Positions 7,743-17,835 of a stretch of 64,000 bases of DNA are shown here, piece by piece. The DNA is taken from positions 3,713 through 67,712 of IMG/VR virus record IMGVR_UViG_3300028327_000004, one strand, 5' to 3'. The notes below the pieces were generated by a model. The model was not told the DNA's origin and ran no database searches. It saw only the letters and a program-made list of their open reading frames with translations. Within the stretch, counting starts at the first letter, position 1; each line of letters opens with the position of its first letter. The position numbers and the translations under genes were made by a program. The DNA comes from a virus. Lineage: Duplodnaviria > Caudoviricetes.

Positions 7743-8942
7743 TTATTCCAACGGAATAAATACCATGCCTTTTCTTTGAATAGAGCCGTTCCTCATCCTC
7801 GTTCCGTTCCGGAAAAAATGATGGCGCAAGCCGGCAACCAGATTTTCGCTGATGTGCAGATTGTCCGCCTCCGGAGCGTCCGCGTAATTTGAAGTGAACG
7901 GATCGACAATCCTGTCCGACGCCCTTCTCAATACGCCGTTCCGGAGATGTTTCCCGTTCCGCTGATACCCCCTGCCAATGCTGTCCTCGTCAAACGCGCT
8001 CACATTTGTTGCTATTTGGTCGGTAAAAGTAAGGGTATCGGTATGCTGTACCTTGATTACGTCAATGCTGATAGCGTCATTTGCGGAATATATGGCATAC
8101 CCCGATCTGTCCACTGTGCCGTCCCGGACAAAAGCGCCGTTACGGAAAACTTGGGATTTGTGCCTGTCGATATAATTACTTTCGTTAAACCCAATGGAAA
8201 GGAAATCCTGCGGCCCGGAACGGCGGTAAATCGGCGGAAAAATTGTTCCCACGGCCGGGACGCGCTGCGTCCTGTACCTTTTTATCGTGCCGTCCCTTTG
8301 ATGAGAGCCGTCCCTTAAAACATTTTCCAACTGGGTGTCGAGAACGGTTTTACCGTCACGGAACACGCGGCCGTTCCGGAGAATAACCTGGGAAGCTGAA
8401 TCGCTGGTTATCCTGTGGACTATTTTTCTGTCTATCTCGGAAGGATCGACTTCATCAGTAAAATTAAAAATTTCTTTGGTGTCGTACCCGATGCCGGCGC
8501 CGATTACCTGGGCGATTATCCTGTTGAAATCAATATCGGGGCCTTCGCCGTCATGTAGGATTGTGAGGGCTGCCGGATAATTCGGCGTTATGTTCACTAC
8601 CTCGCTTGAATACAAAAACTTTATGACTTTAATAATGTCGTTAACCGTGCCGTTTGTCGTATTCAGCAATTTGCGCAACTCTATGAAAAGCCTGTAGAGG
8701 CTGTCATCGTTGCCGTTCCTGGGTTCTGATAAAACCCTCCCTATCCTGTCCAGCAGCACAGATTTTGCTTTTTCGGTATCGTATTGCTCGGAAAGATTAT
8801 AAATCTGCCCTTCAATTTCTATGAGATGGCCGTCATCATAAGACGTGAATTTTTTTGTTTCTCCCGTTGAAAGCCATTGGGGTAAATAAGGGGGGCGGTT
8901 ATAATATTTCCAATCAATAGGATCAAATTTCATCTCTGGCAA
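7743..8942 (-). CDS. Baseplate wedge protein with R[ND]G repeats
   Basis: Follows baseplate J; LLDRIGRVL motif; five RxGxxxRxG repeats. Confidence 0.7.
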   Translation of the reverse strand: MPEMKFDPIDWKYYNRPPYLPQWLSTGETKKFTSYDDGHLIEIEGQIYNLSEQYDTEKAKSVLLDRIGRVLSEPRNGNDDSLYRLFIELRKLLNTTNGTVNDIIKVIKFLYSSEVVNITPNYPAALTILHDGEGPDIDFNRIIAQVIGAGIGYDTKEIFNFTDEVDPSEIDRKIVHRITSDSASQVILRNGRVFRDGKTVLDTQLENVLRDGSHQRDGTIKRYRTQRVPAVGTIFPPIYRRSGPQDFLSIGFNESNYIDRHKSQVFRNGAFVRDGTVDRSGYAIYSANDAISIDVIKVQHTDTLTFTDQIATNVSAFDEDSIGRGYQRNGKHLRNGVLRRASDRIVDPFTSNYADAPEADNLHISENLVAGLRHHFFRNGTRMRNGSIQRKGMVFIPLE

Positions 8943-10380
8943 GCTCCCTGACTTCTATCCTGCTGTGGTCTAACACCGCGATTTCCCGCTTATCGACAAT
9001 GATATTAGCGGCCTTGTAATCCTCCTCATCCGGAGGGGTGAGATCGGTTGTTGAAGCGGCTTTTATAACCGCGAAACCAATTCCGGGCACGTCATATATA
9101 GGCCTGTTTAACCTTTGGAAAATAAAGTCAACGCCCACATCGATATTTTCAATGCCCCAAAAAACGATATTTTCTTTCACCATTTCAAAACCGTGTACGG
9201 GGAACGCCTCTTCCGGATTTCTTTCAATGGCAATTTTCAGCCAGATGTAGCGGTTAACAGGCCTTGTAAACCCTATTGGCCATGGGCGCCCTTCCGAATC
9301 GTGTACGGTTAATTCTGTCGAGCCGTAAGACTGGATGCCGCCAGGGCCTACGTCGAAAATTGTTTGAGCGATTTCCTGATCCAATCCCCCGACCACTACC
9401 GGGCCGAAACTGTTGGGGGGCAGCCCGTCAACTTCCGATTTACTGCGGTTGCTGTAAACCCTGGCATACAAAACGCCCGGCAATTGCTGTATGGCGTTTT
9501 CCACGGCGATTTCGTTGCCGCTTGCCTGCCGCTGGCGACGCCCCATTTGTATCCTCAGCTCCGTATCGCTTTCGGTATTCCGGCCGGTTATCCCTGTGGC
9601 GTAATTGATGATATTAGTAAGGCCGTTTACGTTGGTAATGATTTCGTTCAACGAACCGACAGGAACGGTCACGGGGCCGGGGACGCTGCCCAGGTATATG
9701 CCCAGGGCGCCCAAAGACAAGATTTCTATTTTTTCGTCATCGGTGAAGAAAACGAAAGGAGTAATGCCGGCCTTTGAATGAATGACCATTCCGTCATCGC
9801 CTGCGTCAACGGACGCATATACTCCCGGATATATCTCGTCTAAGGCGTGAAACAATCCGGCGCGGACGGCGGCCTCGTCATCTTCCTCATCCGCGGTATA
9901 TTCAATAATCCTTCCGTCAACGCTGAACGAGTATGTATCGGCTTCCAGCTCAGCGATATTGAAAAGGAAACCAAGCAGGTTATCCTTGTTAATAACGACG
10001 CTTCTCTGCAACGCAAACTGGTTTCTGTTTGTAGTTCTGGCCAAATGCCCGGCAATAACGGACGTCCCCTCGTCACCCCACAGCGCGGCATAAACCCTTG
10101 TGGAGATAGCCCCAAGGCGGTATACGTTGACGAAAGCGGCAAGGCGGTCCAGGTACACGCCGCTTGCAGTGTCCACATCGCCGGCAAGCCATAAGCCTTC
10201 CAGCATTTCCCACATCTGCGCCATCTTTATGGCCTGGTTCGCTATATACGCGCCCTCAGGGCTGTCATTGCTGGTATCTATGTCGTTTCCAAACGCTTGA
10301 CGGAAAAGTTCCCTTTCCTCCTCAAGAATTACCTGAAACGGTTTTGCTATAAATCCCTTGCTGGTTAAACCGTATTCCAT
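8923..10380 (-). CDS. Baseplate J-like protein
   Basis: ASGVYLDRLAAF, GRNTESDTELR, VENAIQQLPGV motifs. Confidence 0.92.
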   Translation of the reverse strand: MEYGLTSKGFIAKPFQVILEEERELFRQAFGNDIDTSNDSPEGAYIANQAIKMAQMWEMLEGLWLAGDVDTASGVYLDRLAAFVNVYRLGAISTRVYAALWGDEGTSVIAGHLARTTNRNQFALQRSVVINKDNLLGFLFNIAELEADTYSFSVDGRIIEYTADEEDDEAAVRAGLFHALDEIYPGVYASVDAGDDGMVIHSKAGITPFVFFTDDEKIEILSLGALGIYLGSVPGPVTVPVGSLNEIITNVNGLTNIINYATGITGRNTESDTELRIQMGRRQRQASGNEIAVENAIQQLPGVLYARVYSNRSKSEVDGLPPNSFGPVVVGGLDQEIAQTIFDVGPGGIQSYGSTELTVHDSEGRPWPIGFTRPVNRYIWLKIAIERNPEEAFPVHGFEMVKENIVFWGIENIDVGVDFIFQRLNRPIYDVPGIGFAVIKAASTTDLTPPDEEDYKAANIIVDKREIAVLDHSRIEVRELARDEI

Positions 10381-10769
10381 TATTCCTTACCTCCCGGTAT
10401 TGGCGTTTTGAAATTGTCTTTAATTTCCAAAATCTCACCGGCTTCCGTCTCCGCTACAAACTCGATATATAAAATCCGCGCGCCGGAATCTAATGACGAA
10501 TAAAAATATGTAATTTTCTTAATTCCCTCGATTGCGGTTATTTTTGTTTTCAAGGCGTTCTCAAGCATTGCCCGGTGGGCCGTCTTTATATCGTCTTTTG
10601 GTATATAGGGAATGCCCAGCGACTCATCTAAAAACCATTCGCCTAAAAAAATCGAAATAACGGAACGTGCTTTATGAGCCAGAAAATCAAGGTTTGTTCT
10701 GGTAAAAATAAAGCGGTTATTTTCCCGGATGAACTTATTGCCCTGCGGCTGTAACGCCAAACTTTTCAT
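10380..10769 (-). CDS. Baseplate wedge (gp25/W-like) protein
   Basis: FLGEWFLDESLGIPY motif; upstream of J. Confidence 0.8.
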   Translation of the reverse strand: MKSLALQPQGNKFIRENNRFIFTRTNLDFLAHKARSVISIFLGEWFLDESLGIPYIPKDDIKTAHRAMLENALKTKITAIEGIKKITYFYSSLDSGARILYIEFVAETEAGEILEIKDNFKTPIPGGKE

Positions 10770-11371
10770 GTTATGCCCCCGCTGCCGGCGCCGGAAACGA
10801 AAGGCGGCAGTAAATTAACAGTTATTTTTCCGGCTTTCAAATACGCGTCAATCGCCGCGGATAATACCTGCGCGTATAACGCATTTCCGCCTGCCAGCAT
10901 TCCTATCATTGACTTAAAGCACGCCTTGAGGGGCGTTGATATAAGCGTTTTTGTCCCGGTAAACTTTCCTATAGCCGGCCCTGAAAAATCAAAGGTCGCC
11001 CCTGCAGGGGTAGTTACTTTTCCTTTCGATGTCGCCTGTACCGTATCGTCAGCCTTACAAGCGTTGTCAATATCGGTTGCCATGTGATCCGCTAAATCAT
11101 CATCCCCATATTTTGCGTTAAAAGTTTTCAACAGGTCTTTTTCAAGCTGCCCCGCGTCTATTGTCATAGTCCCTTCGCTGTCGCCAGCGTATGCGCCGGC
11201 AGGGGCGGCGCCGGCGTCTATTGTGGCCGTTTTTCCGGCAAGGATATAAGTTTTTATAGACAGCGCCATTTTCTTGGCCTGGTACTCATCGCCGCCTTCC
11301 TCGATAGAGTTCATGGCCAGGAACGTAGCCAGTAAATCAGCCTGTAAGGTTAAAACTACTAAAGCCATCAC
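10766..11371 (-). CDS. Hypothetical baseplate-region protein with three internal repeats
   Basis: Coupled to spike gene; three similar helix-strand units. Confidence 0.65.
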   Translation of the reverse strand: MMALVVLTLQADLLATFLAMNSIEEGGDEYQAKKMALSIKTYILAGKTATIDAGAAPAGAYAGDSEGTMTIDAGQLEKDLLKTFNAKYGDDDLADHMATDIDNACKADDTVQATSKGKVTTPAGATFDFSGPAIGKFTGTKTLISTPLKACFKSMIGMLAGGNALYAQVLSAAIDAYLKAGKITVNLLPPFVSGAGSGGIT

Positions 11372-12162
11372 GCCTCCAATAGCGCGGTTAAATCCGCGTC
11401 CGCCAAGCCGATGGCCGTTGATATTGCCGGATTCCAGTTATGCGTTGCCGGGCTTCCAAATGTGGTTGGCTGCGTTGTCTTTAGCGTATCAAGCAACGTG
11501 TGCCAAATCGTATACAGGCTTTTGCCGCCATTGTTCAGCGACGCCTTCGCGCCATTCAGTTTTATTGTCGTCTTACTGTTTTTAGCGGTGAGAACATCAG
11601 CGGTCATTTCGATTGAACATTTATCTGTTTTCGCAGTAACATGGTCATCTTCCATTATTACCTTTGCTTTTTTCTTATAAACCGTTTCTATCTTGTCATC
11701 TGTCATTAAGACTTGAGATATGAGTTCCCCGTCCGGCTTATCTTTATGGATTATCTGTAAACCTGTTTCTGTCGCCGGGATGGATTCCTGCGGCTGTAAT
11801 CCAGGGACGGCATAACAATCCTGTAAATTAAAACGCCGCGGATCTTCGTCCTCGATACCGCTGCCGCCGTTGTCACGCCAAATATCAGTGCTTCTTTCTA
11901 TGACGTGTACCGAAACTTCATCGCCTTTCTCAAGGGAAATATGGATTGTAAATTTTTTTGTACCTAAAAACTGGACGGGGATATCAGGTATTATGGGAAA
12001 ATCGGCAAACGAACCGTCCGGCAGGCGGCGTTTCAATGACGGCTGTATATCCGCGCGCCTTGTTTTAGCATCGTATTTCTCCACTACACCCGGAAAACAA
12101 GTATGAACATCGGTCATCGAGTATTCAAAACTTTCGCGGAGCAGTTGTTTCAGATCATCCAT
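11368..12162 (-). CDS. Baseplate central spike (Gp138-N type)
   Basis: VHTCFPGVVEKYD, ADIQP, RRFNLQDCYAVPG motifs; beta-helix C-terminus. Confidence 0.88.
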   Translation of the reverse strand: MDDLKQLLRESFEYSMTDVHTCFPGVVEKYDAKTRRADIQPSLKRRLPDGSFADFPIIPDIPVQFLGTKKFTIHISLEKGDEVSVHVIERSTDIWRDNGGSGIEDEDPRRFNLQDCYAVPGLQPQESIPATETGLQIIHKDKPDGELISQVLMTDDKIETVYKKKAKVIMEDDHVTAKTDKCSIEMTADVLTAKNSKTTIKLNGAKASLNNGGKSLYTIWHTLLDTLKTTQPTTFGSPATHNWNPAISTAIGLADADLTALLEA

Positions 12163-13001
12163 TAAGCGACCTCCGCTTCAATGCTGATTTGAAAATCACC
12201 GGCCCAATTGTCCCCGGAATAAACCGCCTTATCGATAATAACCTCGCTGTTTAACGTAACGGATTCCACTTTGCAGGCGGCGCCGGGAAGCAGTTCCGGA
12301 AACAACATAGTTGAAAACTTCCATCTGTTGGTCGCTTCCGTTTTCTCGTCACCTTCGCCCGTCTTATCTGATACCGGCTGCGGCGTTGTAATTAAACCCG
12401 TCTCCGGAGTTAGCTTTAATCCGGTATTGTCCGCGGCTTCGCCTGGCTTTATGATGTAGAGCATTTCGTTCTGTATGGTATATGTAAGCCCGAACCTGTT
12501 AAGGACATTCCGCAATCCGTCCCCGGCCATGCCGATGTAGCAGTAACCGTGCGGATACGTTTCCCCTGAAGGGACGTTCTCCTGGCCTTTGAACGGCAAA
12601 CCGATGGCGTCAAGATAAGCCTGGACTATGGTTGTGGCGTCCGTATCTTTGGCGTATGATATCGAAACCTGCCCCGACATCACCGCGGCCCTTCCGTCAA
12701 ACACTTCCAGTTCGGTACAATAATCGTTGCCGTCCCGGTATCTGTGCCCTTTCAGCACGTCACCAAAGAAAATAGCGGACGTGTTTTCATCTTTATATCC
12801 GGCTTTCAGCGTTATATGGTTTCCGGCAACCGTTACTTTGTTTGAGTTTTCAAGCGACATATTGTATATCTGGATTTTGCTTTTATTCGGTTCGGAGCTT
12901 TTTGTCTTTTCGATATTAAAAGCGATTTTGAGTTCCGTTATCTTGAAGCCTTCGCCGCCTTTGGGCCCCACAATTATTTCAATGTTTCTTAAAAACGCCA
13001 C
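12162..13001 (-). CDS. Baseplate hub protein
   Basis: IAFNIEKT..EPNKSKIQIYN, LKAGY motifs. Confidence 0.85.
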   Translation of the reverse strand: MAFLRNIEIIVGPKGGEGFKITELKIAFNIEKTKSSEPNKSKIQIYNMSLENSNKVTVAGNHITLKAGYKDENTSAIFFGDVLKGHRYRDGNDYCTELEVFDGRAAVMSGQVSISYAKDTDATTIVQAYLDAIGLPFKGQENVPSGETYPHGYCYIGMAGDGLRNVLNRFGLTYTIQNEMLYIIKPGEAADNTGLKLTPETGLITTPQPVSDKTGEGDEKTEATNRWKFSTMLFPELLPGAACKVESVTLNSEVIIDKAVYSGDNWAGDFQISIEAEVA

Positions 13002-13002
13002 G

Positions 13003-13353
13003 CTACACCTCCACAAATTCCATATACGTCAAGGCATATCTGCTGCTGAGGTTGTTTCTCGTAACGACCGCGGTTTCCGGCCGCCCCTCGGTGTCAATAA
13101 GTACCAGTTCCCCTGGCGGAAGCCCAGGCGATGAAGCGCGGTATTTATTCAGCATCCTCACGTTCGGGATAAGCCTTAAACCGCCCAATAAAAGGTTCCC
13201 CGTTGTATCGCTTATGGCCAGCATCCATGCTTCCTGACGGGTGTTATAAGAAACGCGCAGGGAATAACGCCGCCCTGAAAGGTCAACACGGACCTCCCAG
13301 CGCGATCTGTTATCGGAGAAAATAGGTATTTCCCGGCTCTGTATTGTTTTCAT
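13003..13353 (-). CDS. Small baseplate (plug-like) protein
   Basis: YNTRQEAWMLAI motif; ATGA-coupled. Confidence 0.75.
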   Translation of the reverse strand: MKTIQSREIPIFSDNRSRWEVRVDLSGRRYSLRVSYNTRQEAWMLAISDTTGNLLLGGLRLIPNVRMLNKYRASSPGLPPGELVLIDTEGRPETAVVTRNNLSSRYALTYMEFVEV

Positions 13354-13994
13354 TGCGGATACGGCACTCCCCATTTCTGCTGGTATTCTGCCGGCGTTGC
13401 CAACCCCATTTGAACGGACTGCCTCCATTCTTCTTTCATGCGGTTGCTCTGCTGGTTCGGCTGGTTCGTTCCGGCGACGCCCATGTTCCCTTCGCCGGCA
13501 GTCTGATCCCCTGACGGCCTGGAAGCGTTAACCGTGGTCGTTTCGCTTTTGACGATTTTGATTTGTTTCAATGACATTTCAAAGGGAAGATCCGCCCCTG
13601 TCTCCGCGCTTCTGTCAATGTCATAGGAAATAATTACCATGTTCGGGTATGTGTCCAGCCCGGTAACAACATCAACGGGCTGCTTTGCGGATTTCAGCCG
13701 CAGTAATTCAAAATGAGCGTCCCTTATCCGCGCTTTGGGATCCGGCACTTCGATATCCGCCTGCGTTTCCGGCAGCGGCCCTTCCCATACGGTAAACTCC
13801 GTCTTGCCTATGAACCCGGTGATTTGTATTTCCAGCGGCTCTTCTATAACATGGTCGGATATGTTGCTCCCTTCCTCGATGGGGATATCGGTTACGGAGT
13901 TTTTGAAGCTGTACGCTTCCCTGATGAAAGCGTCTATTACAAAACCGCCGATGCTTTTCGGCGCTATAGGATAGTTGAAAGTGATTTCAGGCAT
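13350..13994 (-). CDS. Tail tube initiator / Dit-like protein
   Basis: VTDIPIEEGSNISDHVIEEP motif; follows tape measure. Confidence 0.8.
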   Translation of the reverse strand: MPEITFNYPIAPKSIGGFVIDAFIREAYSFKNSVTDIPIEEGSNISDHVIEEPLEIQITGFIGKTEFTVWEGPLPETQADIEVPDPKARIRDAHFELLRLKSAKQPVDVVTGLDTYPNMVIISYDIDRSAETGADLPFEMSLKQIKIVKSETTTVNASRPSGDQTAGEGNMGVAGTNQPNQQSNRMKEEWRQSVQMGLATPAEYQQKWGVPYPQ

Positions 13995-16900
13995 TATTTC
14001 CTCCTCACTTCCGGAGACGGTATAGTGCCTCTGGCGCCGCCGATGGCGCTGGCCAAACTGTCCTGGACGGCCCTGTCTACCTGTTGCGATATTGCGCGCG
14101 CCTGTTCCTGGGTTGTGCCCGGGGGAACAGTGACGTTTATATTGGAGCTCGCGTTAATTGTCTGCGATGAATTGCCGCCGTTATTGTTGTATACGTTTCT
14201 TGCCGCGGCCGATTCCATAGCGCTAGTCGTTATAGTTCCGGACGGGTTATTTCTTCCGGCGCCGGCGTTGTTATTCCTGCCGTTGCCGCCCGTGACAAGA
14301 TCGGTCACTCCCTGGCCAATGCCGCTGAAAAACCCTTTGACCTTATCCCATCCGTCTTTTATGATGTTGATAAATCCAAAAAACTTTTCTTTTATATTTT
14401 CAAACAAATTAAGGAAAGCGTTTTTGATATAATCTATAGTTTCGGACGGCCCCGCTTTCATGGCTTCCCATAATCCCCTAAAGAATGACAGGAAACCTTG
14501 CCAGAGGTTTTTAATTCCGTCCACTACTGAAAAAGCCGCGGTCTTAATGCCGTTCCAGACGTTCTCAGCGATATTTTTTATGCCTTCCCATAAGCTGGAA
14601 AAAAATCCCGTTATGGTCTGCCATATTTCCTTTATTCGGTCTACAACCGACCTCACGCCGTTAACGATGCCATTCCAGGCCGTACTTGCCGCTTGCGCGA
14701 TGCCTTGGAATACCTTTTTAACGGGAGCAAGTAATCTTTTCCACAAGTCAATTATGTATGTAACCAGTTTCTTGAATGACGTTTTAAGGTATGTAAATGT
14801 CGCTGCCGGCCCCTGCTTCAATGCCCCCCACAAACCGACAAAGAATTCTTTAATGCCATTTATAATAACTTTTATCTCGTCTATTACGGCGGTTATGATA
14901 TTTTTTATTTTTATAAATACGTTTTTTACGCCGTCAGGCATTTTGTCCCAAACCTTGCCGGCAATGTCTTTAATTTTGCCCCATGTCTTGTCTACGGCGT
15001 TACGGAACTTCTCGTTGTGGTCATACATATATTTAAGACCCCCGGCCCAAGGGTTTACCATGCCAAGCGCGATAGATTTCCAGTTATTTTTTAAGAACCC
15101 TCCGGCTTTCGTTGCTCCGCTTTTAATGCCCTCCCACGCCTTGCTTGCTGTATTTTTTATCCCGTCCCATGCCTTACCGGCTACGTTTTTTACACCGTCC
15201 CAAACACCGGAAAAAAATTCTCCGATTTTGCCAAAGATATTTTTAATAAAATCTACGGCAGCACTAATCTTTTCAGTTATCCAGTCCCATACCTTTCCGG
15301 CTACCTCCTTTACTTTGTCCCAATTTTTTACCAGTAAAATAATAATTGCAATCAAAGCGGCGATTGCCATAATTATTATTCCAATGGGATTGGCTGTCAT
15401 TGCGGCATTTAAGAGCCATTGGATTGCCGTCCAAATTTGCGTTGCCAATGTTGCTATTTTTTGCGCAACGGACACGGCAATTATGGCGATTTTGTTGGCG
15501 ACCAAGACGGCCGTATTTTTTATTATGCCGGCAGTCATCTTGATCCAGTCCCAGGCGGCAGTGGCGGCCGATGCCACTTTAGTCGCCGCGGCATGGGCAA
15601 GGGTTGTTATTTTATTTATCTTCATCTGGGCATCAAGCATGAATAAAGCTAGACGGTTTCCCTCCGCAGCCGCTCTCATTACGGACATAGTTCCGGTAAG
15701 CAGCCCGTAGGCGGTTTGCAAAGCCTTTACGCCTGCTATAGCCCCCTTCCCAATGGCGACAGCCCCTTTCCCGATGGCTATAGCGGTATTGACGCCCTTA
15801 ATCGCCGCGGCAACGCCCAGTATCGGCCCTATAAGTTTTCCGACAAACTGCCCCAGTTTTCCGAATAACGGCGTAAGCCCGTCCACAATGGGGATTAAGC
15901 GTTCAATCATTCTGGACAAAAAGCCGAACACTTTTTGAATAATGGGTTTTAACGCTTCAAGAACCGGCTGTACAAACGCACGTAACGGCTTGAACGCCAC
16001 AAGAATAAGCTGCGCCAAATTCATCAGGAAAGGCCACGCGCTTTGTATGACGCTTTTGAAAAACCCGAACACGTCCTGAAAAATGCCTTTGAGCGCCGTA
16101 AAAGAACCGCCGTATTTGTTCATCCTCATATTAAGGACTTCAAAGAATATGATTACCTGGGCGATGACATGAATGAGGTAATTAAAGGCCTTCGCACCGA
16201 AATCTACCAGCCCCGTTTTGCCAAGTTTTATTAAATCAGTGACGTAACTTATTAAGTTCGCAAGCGCGGGGGCTACCGTCTTTCCTATGGCTTCACCTAT
16301 ACCGCTTATAAGGCTTTTAATAATTTTCAGCGAACCGCCAAGCGTCATTGCCTGGTTGGCGGCGTTCATGTAGAAGCGGCCGCCTTCCTTTGTGGCGCCG
16401 GCCATCGCCTTAGTCAAATCATTAAACCCTATTTTACCCGCGGCGATGTCTTTATTAAGCTGCCCTACGGAGATGCCCAGCCCCTGCGCCATGTCATTAA
16501 GGCCGAACCCGGCATTGGTAAGCTGCTTTAACGTCCTTTCGTTTACTTTTCCAGTCGTGGCCACATTGGTCAGGATGCCGCTTAACGCGCTAAAGTTTTC
16601 AGCGGACCCGTTCGCAACGTCCCCCAGGACGTCTATCATTCTGGAAGTATCCTGCGCCCCCATGCCTACGGTACGGAGCTGTTTGTACGCGTTGACAAGC
16701 GTCCCCGTTCCGAACAGGGCGTCAGAAGTTTTGTCCCGGAGATCTTCAAGGGCGGCCGCGGCGTCAGTGGCGTTTCCCGTGAACGCCTGTATCTGCGTCC
16801 GGTACTTTTCCATCTCCACAGTCGCCTCGATTATGTTCTTGCTGATCCAGCCAACGCCAACGGCAACGGCGGCCGCGGCGATCTTCCATGCGGTGCTTAC

Positions 16901-17026
16901 TCCGCGGGCCGCGGTCGCCAGGCCGTTGCTTTTCTGTTTTGTGGAATCGATCTGTTTGTCGTATTGCTTTAGCGGCGCGTCTTTGAGTTCAAATCCTAAT
17001 AATGTTACAAGCTCTCTGACAACCAC
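13994..17026 (-). CDS. Tape measure protein
   Basis: 1010 aa, tape-measure N-terminal domain, 11-residue Trp/Phe periodic repeats, hydrophobic segments. Confidence 0.95.
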   Translation of the reverse strand: MVVRELVTLLGFELKDAPLKQYDKQIDSTKQKSNGLATAARGVSTAWKIAAAAVAVGVGWISKNIIEATVEMEKYRTQIQAFTGNATDAAAALEDLRDKTSDALFGTGTLVNAYKQLRTVGMGAQDTSRMIDVLGDVANGSAENFSALSGILTNVATTGKVNERTLKQLTNAGFGLNDMAQGLGISVGQLNKDIAAGKIGFNDLTKAMAGATKEGGRFYMNAANQAMTLGGSLKIIKSLISGIGEAIGKTVAPALANLISYVTDLIKLGKTGLVDFGAKAFNYLIHVIAQVIIFFEVLNMRMNKYGGSFTALKGIFQDVFGFFKSVIQSAWPFLMNLAQLILVAFKPLRAFVQPVLEALKPIIQKVFGFLSRMIERLIPIVDGLTPLFGKLGQFVGKLIGPILGVAAAIKGVNTAIAIGKGAVAIGKGAIAGVKALQTAYGLLTGTMSVMRAAAEGNRLALFMLDAQMKINKITTLAHAAATKVASAATAAWDWIKMTAGIIKNTAVLVANKIAIIAVSVAQKIATLATQIWTAIQWLLNAAMTANPIGIIIMAIAALIAIIILLVKNWDKVKEVAGKVWDWITEKISAAVDFIKNIFGKIGEFFSGVWDGVKNVAGKAWDGIKNTASKAWEGIKSGATKAGGFLKNNWKSIALGMVNPWAGGLKYMYDHNEKFRNAVDKTWGKIKDIAGKVWDKMPDGVKNVFIKIKNIITAVIDEIKVIINGIKEFFVGLWGALKQGPAATFTYLKTSFKKLVTYIIDLWKRLLAPVKKVFQGIAQAASTAWNGIVNGVRSVVDRIKEIWQTITGFFSSLWEGIKNIAENVWNGIKTAAFSVVDGIKNLWQGFLSFFRGLWEAMKAGPSETIDYIKNAFLNLFENIKEKFFGFINIIKDGWDKVKGFFSGIGQGVTDLVTGGNGRNNNAGAGRNNPSGTITTSAMESAAARNVYNNNGGNSSQTINASSNINVTVPPGTTQEQARAISQQVDRAVQDSLASAIGGARGTIPSPEVRRK

Positions 17027-17343
17027 TATTTTCCCCCGGGCTTATTAAGCCTTTCCAGTTCCTTTTCATCGATATTGTTTTTTGCAACGTCAACGGCGTC
17101 GTACATATCCAAAACGGCGTTAGCTTCCATGACATCCGCATACGTCCATTCATTACGAATCTCATTTAACGGTGTTCCTGTAAGTTTCCAGATACGCCAA
17201 ATCGGGCCTTCATCTTCTATTTCAGGCGCTAATCTTCCGACGTCTCCGATGCTGTTGATCCGCTTTCTGACCCTTTCTCTCCCTTCTCTGAGGTTGCTGT
17301 TTCCAGTATTTTCTTCCCAATACCGGAAATCTTTCCGAAAAAA
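17026..17343 (-). CDS. -1 frame extension of the tail assembly chaperone (G-T type)
   Basis: Slippery T TTT TTC at 17337-17343; -1 frame has TGA immediately upstream, then is open to TAG overlapping the tape measure start. Confidence 0.75.
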   Translation of the reverse strand, partial: FFRKDFRYWEENTGNSNLREGRERVRKRINSIGDVGRLAPEIEDEGPIWRIWKLTGTPLNEIRNEWTYADVMEANAVLDMYDAVDVAKNNIDEKELERLNKPGGK

Positions 17344-17777
17344 TCAGGGTAGTTTGCCTCCAGAACCAAGAGCAAAACGGGATATACGGAGAAAATATGC
17401 TGGTTGAAAACAATATCCATTGTCGTTTCAAAATGTTCATCAGCAAACGCAAACTGCTTCTTGTCTTTGTGGGCTACGACATTGCGGAGCATTCTTTGAA
17501 GAAACGCTATAAATTCGTCTTCGCTAAGCTGCTCCATGAGGGTTTCAATGGCATTTGCCATTTTATCGCCGTCAAGTTTAATGTCTCCTATTTTATCTTT
17601 GATATCCCCGATTTTTCCGCTTATCGGAGGGACGCCTTCAATCGTCCCTATGATTTGCCCTATTGTCGGCCCGAATTTTTTCATCAGGTACGCCTTGAGC
17701 CTGAACGCTTCAACGGCCGGAAATGCCGTAGCGACGAATTTCACGCCGTCAATAGTTTTTTCTTTCTGCTTATTCAT
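17229..17777 (-). CDS. Tail assembly chaperone
   Basis: Between tube and tape measure; NYPDFF motif at slippery site. Confidence 0.85.
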   Translation of the reverse strand: MNKQKEKTIDGVKFVATAFPAVEAFRLKAYLMKKFGPTIGQIIGTIEGVPPISGKIGDIKDKIGDIKLDGDKMANAIETLMEQLSEDEFIAFLQRMLRNVVAHKDKKQFAFADEHFETTMDIVFNQHIFSVYPVLLLVLEANYPDFFGKISGIGKKILETATSEKGEKGSESGSTASETSED

Positions 17778-17806
17778 GGTCCCATCCTCCACGATATAAA
17801 ATAATT

Positions 17807-17832
17807 TTAACGGGGGATTTCTCCCCCGTTAA
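17807..17832 (-). terminator. Stem-loop after the tube gene
   Basis: TTAACGGGGGA-GAAA-TCCCCCGTTAA perfect 11-bp stem. Confidence 0.65.
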
Positions 17833-17835
17833 CCG

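Noticed and set aside
14460-15710. 416-aa plus-strand ORF
   Set aside because: Antisense shadow of the repetitive tape measure gene
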